The notes under the pieces are model-generated. The model ran no database searches and had not been told where the DNA came from. It saw only the letters and a list, made by a program, of their open reading frames with translations. DNA of 64,000 nucleotides from Squalus acanthias (Eukaryota): contig JASTWF010000339.1 of assembly GCA_030390025.1 (NCBI GenBank), positions 372,001 through 436,000 of the forward strand. Reading direction: 5' to 3'. Positions within the stretch are counted from its first letter, which is position 1, and every line of letters begins with the position of its first letter. A program made the translations under genes and the position numbers. Shown here in pieces: positions 50,416-62,369 of the stretch.

Positions 50416-52215
50416 TCACGTCATGTATCGTGACATCAACCCAAGATCCCGATTGAGACCGTCTTCATGAGTGCGGAACTTGGCTATCAGTTTCTGCTCG
50501 ATGATTTTGCGTTGTCGTGTGTTTCTAAGGTTGCCTTGGAGAACGCTTACCCGCAGATCCGAGGCTGAATGTCCTTGACTGCTGAAGTGTTCCCCGACTG
50601 GGAGGTAACAATCCTGCCTGGCGATTGTTGCGCGGTGCTCGTTCATACGTTGTTTCAGTGTCTGCATGGTCTCGCCGATGTACCATGCCGCGGTGCATTC
50701 TTTCCTGCAACGTATGAGGTAGACAACGTTGGCCGAGTCACATGAGTATGTACCATGTACCTGGTGGGTAGTGTCCTCACGTGTGATGGTGGTATCTGTG
50801 TTGATGATCTGGCATGTCTTGCAGAGTTTGCCATGGCAGGGTTGTGTGGTGTCGTGGTCGCTGTTATCCTGAAAGCTGGGTAATTTGCTGCGAACGATGG
50901 TACTTCTGAGGTTAGGCGGCTGTTTGAAGGCAAGTAGTGGAGGCGTGGGGATGGCCTTAGCGAGGTGTTTGTCGTCATCGATGACATGTTGAAGGCTGCG
51001 AAGAACATGGCGTAGTTTCATCGCTCCGGGGAAGTACTGGACGACGTAGGGTACCCTGTTGGTTGTGTCCCGTGTTTGCCTTCTGAGGAGGTCTATGCGA
51101 TTTTTCGCTGTGGCCCGTCGGAACTGTCGATCGATGAGTCGAGCGTCATATCCCGTTCTTACGAGGGCGTTTTTCAGCGTCCGTAGGTGTCCATCGCGTT
51201 CCTCCTCGTCTGAGCAGATCCTGTGTATTCGCAGGGCTTGTCCATAGGGGATGGCTTCTTTAACATGGTTAGGGTGGAAGCTGGAGAAGTGGAGCATCGT
51301 GAGGTTGTCCGTGGGCTTGCGGTAGAGTGAAGTGCTGAGGTGTCCGTCTTTGATGGAGATTCGTGTGTCCAGGAATGAGACCGATTCTGAGGAGTAGTCC
51401 ATGGTGAGTTTGATGGTGGGATGGAACTTGTTTATGTTATCGTGTAGTCTTTTCAGTGATCCTTCGCCATGGGTCCAAAGGAAGAAAATGTCGTCGATGT
51501 ATCTGGTGTACAGCGTTGGCTGGAGGTCCTGTGCAGCGAAGAAGTCTTGCTCGAACTTGTGCATGAAGATGTTGGCGTATTGGGGTGCGAATTTGGTCCC
51601 CATGGCTGTTCCGTGTGTTTGGGTAAAAAAATGGTTGTCGAAGGTGAAGACATTGTGGTCAAGGATGAAGCGGATGAGTTGTAGGATGGCGTCTGGAGAT
51701 TGGCTGTTGTTGATGTTGAGTACTGAGGCTGTTGCAGCGATGCCGTCATCGTGGGGGATACTGGTGTAGAGTGCCGATACGTCCATCGTGGCAAGGAGTG
51801 TTCCTGGTTCAACTGGTCCGTGGGTGCTGAGTTTCTGTAAGAAGTCTGTAGTGTCGCGACAGAAGCTGGGGGTTCCCTGTACGATGGGTTTCAGAATGCC
51901 CTCGACGTATCCAGAGAGGTTCTCACACAGGGTTCCATTGCCTGATACGATAGGACGTCCGGGTGTGTTGGCTTTGTGTATCTTTGGGAGGCAGTAGAAG
52001 TCTCCCACGCGGGGAGTACGTGGGATGAGAGCGCGTAGGATGTTTTGAAGGTCTGGATCGAAGGTCTTGATCAGTCTATTGAGTTGGCGGGTGTGTTCTT
52101 TGGTCGGATCTGCGGGTAGCTGTCTGTAGTGTTCCTGGTTGTCCAGTTGTCGGTATGCTTCTTTACAATAGTCCGTTCTGTTCTGTATGACGATGGCTCC
52201 TCCTTTGTCCGCTGG
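50416..52215 (-). CDS. Penelope-like RT + GIY-YIG endonuclease ORF (N-terminally truncated, ~600 codons)
   Basis: The 530-aa track ORF extends upstream without stops (PADKGGAIVIQNRTDYCKEAYRQL...) to the satellite junction. No native start codon. Confidence 0.85.
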   Translation of the reverse strand, partial: PADKGGAIVIQNRTDYCKEAYRQLDNQEHYRQLPADPTKEHTRQLNRLIKTFDPDLQNILRALIPRTPRVGDFYCLPKIHKANTPGRPIVSGNGTLCENLSGYVEGILKPIVQGTPSFCRDTTDFLQKLSTHGPVEPGTLLATMDVSALYTSIPHDDGIAATASVLNINNSQSPDAILQLIRFILDHNVFTFDNHFFTQTHGTAMGTKFAPQYANIFMHKFEQDFFAAQDLQPTLYTRYIDDIFFLWTHGEGSLKRLHDNINKFHPTIKLTMDYSSESVSFLDTRISIKDGHLSTSLYRKPTDNLTMLHFSSFHPNHVKEAIPYGQALRIHRICSDEEERDGHLRTLKNALVRTGYDARLIDRQFRRATAKNRIDLLRRQTRDTTNRVPYVVQYFPGAMKLRHVLRSLQHVIDDDKHLAKAIPTPPLLAFKQPPNLRSTIVRSKLPSFQDNSDHDTTQPCHGKLCKTCQIINTDTTITREDTTHQVHGTYSCDSANVVYLIRCRKECTAAWYIGETMQTLKQRMNEHRATIARQDCYLPVGEHFSSQGHSASDLRVSVLQGNLRNTRQRKIIEQKLIAKFRTHEDGLNRDLGLMSRYMT

Positions 52216-55200
52216 TTTTTGATGGGACAGTGTAGAGGGAGCTTAACTCTGTATCTAAACCATGCTGTACCTGCCCTAGTAGTGTTTTATGAGATAGTGT
52301 AAAGGTAGCTTTACTCTGTATGTAACTGCGCTGTACCTTGCCTGGAAGTGTTTGATGGTACCGTGTAGAGGGAGCTTTCCTCTGTATCTCACCTGTGCTG
52401 CACCTGCCCTGGGAGTGTTTGATGGGACAGTGTAGAGGGAGCTTTACTCTGTATCTAACCAGTGCTGTACCTGCCCTGGGAGTGTTTGATGGGACAGTGG
52501 AGAGGGAGCTTTACTCTGTATCTAACACGTCCTGTACCTGCCCTGTGAGTGTTTGATGGGACAGTGTAGTGGGAGCTGTACTCTGTATCCAATCCGTGCT
52601 GTACCAGCCCCGGGAGAGTTTGATGGGACAGTGTAGTGGGAGCTTTACTCTATATCTAACCCGTGCTGTACCTTCCCGGGGAGTGTTTGATGGGAGATTG
52701 TGTAAAGGGAGCTTCACTCTGTATGTAACCCGCGCTGTACCTTCCCTGGGAGTGTTTGATGGGACAGTGTAGAGGGAGCTTTACTCTGTATCTGACCCGT
52801 GCTGTACCTGCCCTGGGAGTGTTTGATGGGACAGTGCAGAGGGAGCTTTACTCTGTATCTAACCCGTGCTGTACCTTGCCTTGGACTGTTTGATGGGACC
52901 GTGTAGAGGGAGCTTTACTCTGTATCTAACCAGTGCTGTACCTGCCCTGGGAGTGTTTGATGGGACAGTGTAGAGGGAGCTTTCCTCTGCATCTAACCAG
53001 TGCTGTACCTGCTCTGGGAGAGTTTGATGGGACAGTGCAGAGGGTGTTTTACTCTGTATCTACCCCGTGCTGTACCTGCCCGGGGAGTGTTTGATGGGAC
53101 AGTACAGAGCGAGTTTTACTATGTATCTACCCCGTGCTGTATCTGCCCTGGGAGTGTTTGATGGGATCTTGTCGATGGAGTTTTACTCTGTATCTAACCT
53201 GTGCTGTACCTGCCCTGGGAGTGTTTGATGGGGCAGTGCAGTGGGAGCTTTACTCTGTATCTAACCCGTGCTGTACCTGCCCTGGGAGTGATTGATGTGA
53301 CACTGCAGAGGTCGCTTTACTCTGTATCTAACCCTTGCTGTACCTGCCCTGGGAGTGTTTGATGGGACAGTGTCGAGGGAGCTTTAATCTGTATCTAACC
53401 TGTGCTGTACCTGCCCTGTGAGTGTGTGATGGGACAGTGTAGAGGGAGCTTTAATCGGTATCTAACCTGTGCTGTCCCTGTCCTGGGAGTGTTTGATAGG
53501 ACAGTGTGGAGGGAGCTTTACTCTGTATCTAACCCGTGCTGTACCTATCCTGGGAGTGAATGGTGGGACAATGTAGAGGGAGCTTTACTCTGTATCTAAC
53601 CCGTGCTGTACGTGCCCTAGGAGTGTTTGATGGGATAATGTCGAGGGAGCTTTACTCTGTATCTAACCCGTGCTGTACGTGCCCTAGGAGTGTTTGATGG
53701 GATAATGTCGAGGGAACTTTACTCTGTATCTAACCCATGCAGGACTTGCCCTGCAAGTGTTTGATGGGACAGTGTAGAGGGAGCTTTACTCTGTATCTAA
53801 ACCATGCTGTACCTGCCCTAGTAGTGTTTTATGAGATAGTGTAAAGGTAGCTTTACTTTGTATGCAACTGCGCTGTAGCTGCCCTGGGAGTTTTTGATGC
53901 AACAGTGTCGAGGAAGCTTTACTCTGTATCGAACCCGTGCTGTACCTGCCCTGGCAGTGTTTGATGGGACAGTGTAGAGGGAGCTTTTCTCTGTATCTAA
54001 CCCGTGCTGTACCTGCTCCAGGAGTGTTTGATTGCACAGTGTAGAGCGAGCTTTACTCTGTATTTAACCCGTGCTGTACCTGCCCTGGAAGTGTTTGATG
54101 GGACAGTGTAGAGGGAGCTGTACTCTGTATCCAATCCGTGCTGTACCAGCCCCGGGAGTGTTTGAAGGGATAGTATAGAGCGAGCTTTACTCTGTATCTA
54201 ACCCGTGCTGTACCTACCCTGGGAGTGTTTGGTGGGACAATGTAGAGCGAGCTTTACTCTGTATCTTACCCGTGCTGTACCTACCCTGGGAGTGTTTGAT
54301 GGGACAGTGTAGTGGGAGCTTTACTCGGCAACCCATGCTGTACCTTCCCGGGGACTGTTTGATGGGAGATTGTGTGGAGGGAGCTTTACTCTGTATCTAA
54401 CCCGTGCTGTCTTTACCCTGGGAGTGTTTGGTGGGACAATGTAGAGGGAGCTTTGCTCTGTATCTAAACCATGCTGCACGTGCCCTAGCAGTGTTTGATG
54501 GGATAATGTTTTTGGAGTTTTACTCTGTATCTAACCCATGCAGGACCTGCCCTGCGAGTGTTTGATGGGACAGTGTAGAGGGAGCTTTACTCTGTATCTA
54601 ACCAGTGCTGTACCTGCTCTGGGAGAGTTTGATGGGACAGTGCAGAGGGGGTTTTCCTCTGTATCTACCCCGTGCTGTACCTACTCTGGGAGTGTTTGAT
54701 GGGACAGTGTAGTGGGAGCTTTACTCGGCAACCCATGCTGTACCTTCCCGGGGACTGTTTGATGGGAGATTGTGTGGAGGGAGCTTTACTCTGTATCTAA
54801 CCCGTGCTGTCTTTACCCTGGGAGTGTTTGGTGGGACAATGTAGAGGGAGCTTTGCTCTGTATCTAAACCATGCTGCACGTGCCCTAGCAGTGTTTGATG
54901 GGATAATGTAGATGGAGTTTTACTCTGTATCTAACCCATGCTGTACCTGCCCTGCGAGTGTTTGATGGGACAGTGTAGAGGGAGCTTTACACTGTATCTA
55001 ACCAGTGCTGTACCTGCTCTGGGAGAGTTTGATGGGACAGTGCAGAGGGGGTTTTCCTCTGTATCTACCCCGTGCTGTACCTGCCTGGGGAGTGTTTGAT
55101 GGGACAGTATAGAGCAAGTTTTACTATGTATCTACCTCGTGCTGTACCTGCCCTGGGAGTGTTTGATGGGATCTTGTCGATGGAGTTTTACTCTGTATCT

Positions 55201-55773
55201 AACCTGTGCTGTACCTGCCCTGGGAGTGTTTGATGGGAGAATGTAGAGGGAGTTTTACTCTGTATCTAACCAGTGCTGTACCTGCCCTGTGAATGTTTGA
55301 TGGGGCAGTGTAGTGGGAGCTTTACTCTGTATCTAACCCGTGCTGTCCCTGCCCTGGGAGTGTTTGATGGGACAGTGTAGAGGGAGCTTTACTCTGTATC
55401 TAACCCGTGCTGTACCTGCCCTGGGAGTGTTTGATGGGACAGTGTTGAGGGAGCTTTTTACTCTGTATCTAACCCGTGCTGTACCTGCCCTGGGAGTGTT
55501 TGATGGGACAGTGTAGAGGGAGCTTTGCTCAGTATTTAACCCGTGCTTTAACTGCTCTGGGACTGTTTGATGGGATAGTGTAAAGGGTGCTTTACTCTGT
55601 ATGTATCCCACGCTGTTCCTTCCCTGGGAGTGTTTGCTGGGACAGTGTAGAGGGAGCTTTGCTCTATATCTCAACCATGCTGTACCTGCCCTAGTAGTGT
55701 TTTATGAGATAGTGTAAAGGTAGCTTTACTCTGTATGCAACTGCGCTGTACCTTGCCTGGGAGTGTTTGATGG

Positions 55774-57997
55774 AATTGAGAGGTCGCACAACACCAGGTT
55801 ATAGTCCAACAGTTTTAATTGAAATCACAAGCTTTCGGAGCTATCGATTGCTCCTTCCTCAGGTGAAGTAAATTAGATACAGAATTGCCAAAGCATATAT
55901 AGATAGAAAACAAAGCATGTGTACCTTACAATTGCAGACCACTAAATTAAATCATCCTGACTATCTGCCGAGGTGTGATAAAGTTAATTAAGTCAGCCAG
56001 GAAGGTACCACATCAAAGACATAGCAAGATACAACTGAGACAATGAGGTGTAGTCGCAGGGGTTCTAACGTGTCAAAAGCTGCCGTCTGTATGTAAAACG
56101 AAAAGCTTTAAAATTTTTACTTTTTTACTGGGAAAATTTTTACTTTTTTACTGGGAATCACATCTGTGAACAAGCTAACGACGACTCGAGTCCGGATCAC
56201 GTCATGTATCGTGACATCAACCCAAGATCCCGATTGAGACCGTCTTCATGAGTGCGCAACTTGGCTATCAGTTTCTGCTCGATGATTTTGCGTTGTCGTG
56301 TGTTTCTAAGGTTGCCTTGGAGAACGCTTACCCGCAGATCCGAGGCTGAATGTCCTTGACTGCTGAAGTGTTCCCCGACTGGGTGGTAACAATCCTGCCT
56401 GGCGATTGTTGCGCGGTGCTCATTCATACGTTGTCTCAGTGTCTGCATGGTCTCGCCGATGTACCATGCCGCGGTGCATTCTTTCCTGCAACGTATGAGG
56501 TAGACAACGTTGGCCGAGTCACATGAGTATGTACCATGTACCTGGTGGGTAGTGTCCTCACGTGTGATGGTGGTATCTGTGTTGATGATCTGGCATGTCT
56601 TGCAGAGTTTGCCATGGCAGGGTTGTGTGGTGTCGTGGTCGCTGTTATCCTGAAAGCTGGGTAATTTGCTGCGAACGATGGTACTTCTGAGGTTAGGTGG
56701 CTGTTTGAAGGCAAGTAGTGGAGGCGTGGGGATGGCCTTAGCGAGGTGTTTGTCGTCATCGATGACATGTTGAAGGCTGCGAAGAACATGGCGTAGTTTC
56801 ATCGCTCCGGGGAAGTACTGGACGACGTAGGGTACCCTGTTGGTTGTGTCCCGTGTTTGCCTTCTGAGGAGGTCTATGCGATTTTTCGCTGTGGCCCGTC
56901 GGAACTGTCGATCGATGAGTCGAGCGTCATATCCCGTTCTTACGAGGGCGTTTTTCAGCGTCCGTAGGTGTCCATCGCGTTCCTCCTCGTCTGAGCAGAT
57001 CCTGTGTATTCGCAGGGCTTGTCCATAGGGGATGGCTTCTTTAACATGGTTAGGGTGGAAGCTGGAGAAGTGGAGCATCGTGAGGTTGTCCGTGGGCTTG
57101 CGGTAGAGTGAAGTGCTGAGGTGTCCGTCTTTGATGGAGATTCGTGTGTCCAGGAATGAGACCGATTCTGAGGAGTAGTCCATGGTGAGTTTGATGGTGG
57201 GATGGAACTTGTTTATGTTATCGTGCAGTCTTTTCAGTGATCCTTCGCCATGGGTCCAAAGGAAGAAAATGTCGTCGATGTATCTGGTGTACAGCGTTGG
57301 CTGGAGGTCCTGTGCAGCGAAGAAGTCTTGCTCGAACTTGTGCATGAAGATGTTGGCGTATTGGGGTGCGAATTTGGTCCCCATGGCTGTTCCGTGTGTT
57401 TGGGTAAAAAAATGGTTGTCGAAGGTGAAGACATTGTGGTCAAGGATGAAGCGGATGAGTTGTAGGATGGCGTCTGGAGATTGGCTGTTGTTGATGTTGA
57501 GTACTGAGGCTGTTGCAGCGATGCCGTCATCGGGGGGATACTGGTGTAGAGTGCCGATACGTCCATTGTGGCAAGAAGTGTTCCTGGTTCAACTGGTCCG
57601 TGGGTGCTGAGTTTCTGTAAGAAGTCTGTAGTGTCGCGACAGAAGCTGGGGGTTCCCTGTACGATGGGTTTCAGAATGCCCTCGACGTATCCAGAGAGGT
57701 TCTCACACAGGGTTCCATTGCCTGATACGATAGGACGTCCGGGTGTGTTGGCTTTGTGTATCTTTGGGAGGCAGTAGAAGTCTCCCACGCGGGGAGTACG
57801 TGGGATGAGAGCGCGTAGGATGTTTTGAAGGTCTGGATCGAAGGTCTTGATCAGTCTATTGAGTTGGCGGGTGTGTTCTTTGGTCGGATCTGCGGGTAGC
57901 TGTCTGTAGTGTTCCTGGTTGTCCAGTTGTCGGTATGCTTCTTTACAATAGTCCGTTCTGTTCTGTATGACGATGGCTCCTCCTTTGTCCGCTGGTT
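55774..57997 (-). mobile_element. Penelope-like element copy 3, same frameshift as copy 1
   Basis: Same junctions and TSD; tcatcggggggatac versus tcatcgtgggggatac in copy 2. Confidence 0.95.
55825..55866 (-). ncRNA. Minimal hammerhead ribozyme in pLTR, copy 3
   Basis: Identical to 44999-45040. Confidence 0.8.
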
Positions 57998-60900
57998 TTT
58001 GATGGGACAGTGTAGAGGGAGCTTAACTCTGTATCTAAACCATGCTGTACCTGCCCTAGTAGTGTTTTATGAGATAGTGTAAAGGTAGCTTTACTCTGTA
58101 TGTAACTGCGCTGTACCTTGCCTGGAAGTGTTTGATGGTACCGTGTAGAGGGAGCTTTCCTCTGTATCTCACCTGTGCTGCACCTGCCCTGGGAGTGTTT
58201 GATGGGACAGTGTAGAGGGAGCTTTACTCTGTATCTAACCAGTGCTGTACCTGCCCTGGGAGTGTTTGATGGGACAGTGGAGAGGGAGCTTTACTCTGTA
58301 TCTAACACATCCTGTACCTGCCCTGTGAGTGTTTGATGGGACAGTGTAGTGGGAGCTGTACTCTGTATCCAATCCGTGCTGTACCAGCCCCGGGAGTGTT
58401 TGATGGGACAGTGTAGTGGGAGCTTTACTCTGTATCTAACCCGTGCTGTACCTTCCCGGGGTTTGATGGGAGATTGTGTAAAGGGAGCTTCACTCTGTAT
58501 GTAACCCGCGCTGTACCTTCCCTGGGAGTGTTTGATGGGACAGTGTAGAGGGAGCTTTACTCTGTATCTGACCCGTGCTGTACCTGCCCTGGGAGTGTTT
58601 GATGGGACAGTGCAGAGGGAGCTTTACTCTGTATCTAACCCGTGCTGTACCTTGCCTTGGACTGTTTGATGGGACCGTGTAGAGGGAGCTTTACTCTGTA
58701 TCTAACCAGCGCTGTACCTGCCCTGGGAGTGTTTGATGGGACAGTGTAGAGGGAGCTTTCCTCTGCATCTAACCAGTGCTGTACCTGCTCTGGGAGAGTT
58801 TGATGGGACAGTGCAGAGGGTGTTTTACTCTGTATCTACCCCGTGCTGTACCTGCCCGGGGAGTGTATGATGGGACAGTACAGAGCGAGTTTTACTATGT
58901 ATCTACCCCGTGCTGTATCTGCCCTGGGAGTGTTTGATGGGATCTTGTCGATGGAGTTTTACTCTGTATCTAACCTGTGCTGTACCTGCCCTGGGAGTGT
59001 TTGATGGGGCAGTGCAGTGGGAGCTTTACTCTGTATCTAACCCGTGCTGTACCTGCCCTGGGAGTGATTGATGTGACAGTGCAGAGGTCGCTTTACTCTG
59101 TATCTAACCCTTGCTGTACCTGCCCTGGGAGTGTTTGATGGGACAGTGTCGAGGGAGCTTTAATCTGTATCTAACCTGTGCTGTACCTGCCCTGTGAGTG
59201 TGTGATGGGACAGTGTAGAGGGAGCTTTAATCGGTATCTAACCTGTGCTGTCCCTGTCCTGGGAGTGTTTGATAGGACAGTGTGGAGGGAGCTTTACTCT
59301 GTATCTAACCCGTGCTGTACCTATCCTGGGAGTGAATGGTGGGACAATGTAGAGGGAGCTTTACTCTGTATCTAACCCGTGCTGTACGTGCCCTAGGAGT
59401 GTTTGATGGGATAATGTCGAGGGAACTTTACTCTGTATCTAACCCATGCAGGACTTGCCCTGCAAGTGTTTGATGGGACAGTGTAGAGGGAGCTTTACTC
59501 TGTATCTAAACCATGCTGTACCTGCCCTAGTAGTGTTTTATGAGATAGTGTAAAGGTAGCTTTACTCTGTATGCAACTGCGCTGTAGCTGCCCTGGGAGT
59601 TTTTGATGCAACAGTGTCGAGGGAGCTTTACTCTGTATCGAACCCGTGCTGTACCTGCCCTGGCAGTGTTTGATGGGACAGTGTAGAGGGAGCTTTTCTC
59701 TGTATCTAACCCGTGCTGTACCTGCTCCAGGAGTGTTTGATTGCACAGTGTAGAGCGAGCTTTACTCTGTATTTAACCCGTGCTGTACCTGCCCTGGAAG
59801 TGTTTGATGGGACAGTGTAGAGGGAGCTGTACTCTGTATCCAATCCGTGCTGTACCAGCCCCGGGAGTGTTTGAAGGGATAGTATAGAGCGAGCTTTACT
59901 CTGTATCTAACCCGTGCTGTACCTACCCTGGGAGTGTTTGGTGGGACAATGTAGAGCGAGCTTTACTCTGTATCTTACCCGTGCTGTACCTACTCTGGGA
60001 GTGTTTGATGGGACAGTGTAGTGGGAGCTTTACTCGGCAACCCATGCTGTACCTTCCCGGGGACTGTTTGATGGGAGATTGTGTGGAGGGAGCTTTACTC
60101 TGTATCTAACCCGTGCTGTCTTTACCCTGGGAGTGTTTGGTGGGACAATGTAGAGGGAGCTTTGCTCTGTATCTAAACCATGCTGCACGTGCCCTAGCAG
60201 TGTTTGATGGGATAATGTAGATGGAGTTTTACTCTGTATCTAACCCATGCTGTACCTGCCCTGCGAGTGTTTGATGGGACAGTGTAGAGGGAGCTTTACA
60301 CTGTATCTAACCAGTGCTGTACCTGCTCTGGGAGAGTTTGATGGGACAGTGCAGAGGGGGTTTTCCTCTGTATCTACCCCGTGCTGTACCTGCCTGGGGA
60401 GTGTTTGATGGGACAGTATAGAGCAAGTTTTACTATGTATCTACCTCGTGCTGTACCTGCCCTGGGAGTGTTTGATGGGATCTTGTCGATGGAGTTTTAC
60501 TCTGTATCTAACCTGTGCTGTACCTGCCCTGGGAGTGTTTGATGGGAGAATGTAGAGGGAGTTTTACTCTGTATCTAACCAGTGCTGTACCTGCCCTGTG
60601 AATGTTTGATGGGGCAGTGTAGTGGGAGCTTTACTCTGTATCTAACCCGTGCTGTCCCTGCCCTGGGAGTGTTTGATGGGACAGTGTAGAGGGAGCTTTA
60701 CTCTGCATCTAACCCGTGCTGTACCTGCCCTGGGAGTGTTTGATGGGACAGTGTTGAGGGAGCTTTTTACTCTGTATCTAACCCGTGCTGTACCTGCCCT
60801 GGGAGTGTTTGATGGGACAGTGTAGAGGGAGCTTTGCTCAGTATTTAACCCGTGCTTTAACTGCTCTGGGACTGTTTGATGGGATAGTGTAAAGGGTGCT

Positions 60901-61427
60901 TTACTCTGTATGTAACCCGCGCTGTACCTTCCCTGGGAGTGCTTGATGGGACAGTGTCGAGGAAGCTTTACTCTGTATCTAACCCGTGCTGTACCTGCCT
61001 GGGGAGTGTTTGATGGGAGATTGTGTAGAGGGAGCTTAACTCTGTATCTAAGTTTAGTGATCCCGGGTGTGTAACCGAGACCTTCCCTGGATACCAAGGC
61101 TGGGAGAGGCACTCTGGAAGGGCTGGGGAGCTGGGACTTGTCCGTAAGAGTAACCGACGGTACGAGAACTGAAATAATCTCGAGTTAGAAAGGAGAAAAG
61201 GCCCAAAAATGGAGCAGTCGGTAACAAGACATTAATTAGTCTCCTCTTATCTTGGAGACATCAAATATCAACCCTCTGTGTTATTTGAAATATCAAAATA
61301 TTAAACTCCAGCCCAGTTACAGGGGTTATTAACATCAGCAGAAACAAACTCCACCTTTCAGAATGAACATGATTCAGTCCGAGATGTGATTAACAGCAGC
61401 AATAACAGCAGAATCCAACCCCTGCAG

Positions 61428-61961
61428 TCACTTGTGAACTCGCTGGTGTGTCAGCAGGTGGGATGACTGAGTGAATCCCTTCCCACACTCAGAGCAGGTG
61501 AACGGCCTCTCCCCAGTGTGATTGCGATGATGAATTTCCAGCTGGGACGGGGAAATGAATCCCTTCCCGCAGTCCTCACATTTACCCGGTTTCTCCGTGG
61601 TGCGGGTGTCCTCGTGTCTCTCCAGGTTGGACGATCAGTTGAAGCCTCGTCACACACACAACACGTGTACGGTTTCTCCCCGCTGTGAATGGTGCGATGT
61701 TTTTTCTGGCTGTATAACTGGTTAAAGCTCTTTCCACAGGCAGTGCACTGGAACACTCTCACTCGGGTGTGTGTGTCTCGGTGCTTTTCCAGTCACACTG
61801 ATGTTTGAAATCTTTTCCCACAGACAGAACAGACAAACATTTCTCCTTCCACATTCAAAGGCTGATGATATTCAGGTCCTGAGTAATCGAGTGACTCTGT
61901 CAGATTTTGACGTGATGTTTGGTTTCAGTTTCCCGTCTGCAAATCCTCCCCTTCTAAAACC
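61428..61961 (-). pseudogene. C2H2 ZNF pseudogene (second subfamily)
   Basis: Acceptor ttttacAG at 61962-61963, then LEGEDLQTGN*NQ...[19 protein letters not shown]...FQCTACGKSFNQLYSQKKHRTIH. Contains stops and a frameshift. Confidence 0.8.
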
Positions 61962-62154
61962 CTGTAAAAGGAGTTTACAAAACTCATTACTGTAAGTACA
62001 GGACAGAAATTCAGAACAGACAATTCCAGTTTCTAAAGAACATTCTTTCCTCTCTTGTTCCTCCAAAGCTGTAAATCCCCATCCCACACATTGGATTTTA
62101 GCACAGGGAGGAGTGACAAACACACCACACGTCTCAAGATAGTTTCTCCACCAA

Positions 62155-62364
62155 CTCTGGTTGGGTTCTGTTCTGCACTCACTGGTTCCCCTCCCTCTCC
62201 TCCCCTGAAGGTGCTGACTCTGGCTGGGTTCAGTTCTACACTCACTGGTTCTCCTCCCCTGAAGGTGCTGACTCTGGCTGGGTTCAGTTCTGCACTCACT
62301 GGTTTTCCCTCCCTCTCCTCCCCTGAAGGTGCTGACTCTGGCTGGGTTCAGTTCACTCACTGGG
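62155..62364. repeat. Intronic minisatellite, 54-64 bp unit, ~3.5 copies
   Basis: cccctgaaggtgctgactctggctgggttcagttc(t)...cactcactgg repeated. Confidence 0.85.
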
Positions 62365-62369
62365 ACCCT

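Larger units (their letters stand above)
49993..52217 (-). mobile_element. Penelope-like element copy 2, 5'-truncated, ORF uninterrupted
   Basis: Same junctions as copy 1; frame open from the 5' junction to the stop at 50416. Confidence 0.95.
37387..61051. repeat. 67-bp satellite array (~235 monomers by length arithmetic) with higher-order structure
   Basis: Consensus gtgtagagggagctttactctgtatctaacccgtgctgtacctgccctgggagtgtttgatgggaca, head-to-tail in one orientation, with recurring variant monomers. Confidence 0.97.

Noticed and set aside
50416..52215. Autonomous or selenocysteine-encoding Penelope element
   Set aside because: It is 5'-truncated with no start codon or upstream pLTR, has an in-frame TAA about nine codons into the satellite, and has no in-frame TGA.
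37387..61051. CRISPR-like array
   Set aside because: Monomers are contiguous with no unique spacers, there are no cas genes, and the context is eukaryotic.
38273..61112. Short ORFs inside the satellite (e.g. 55333-55674, 60642-61112)
   Set aside because: Chance translations of a 67-bp (non-triplet) repeat.
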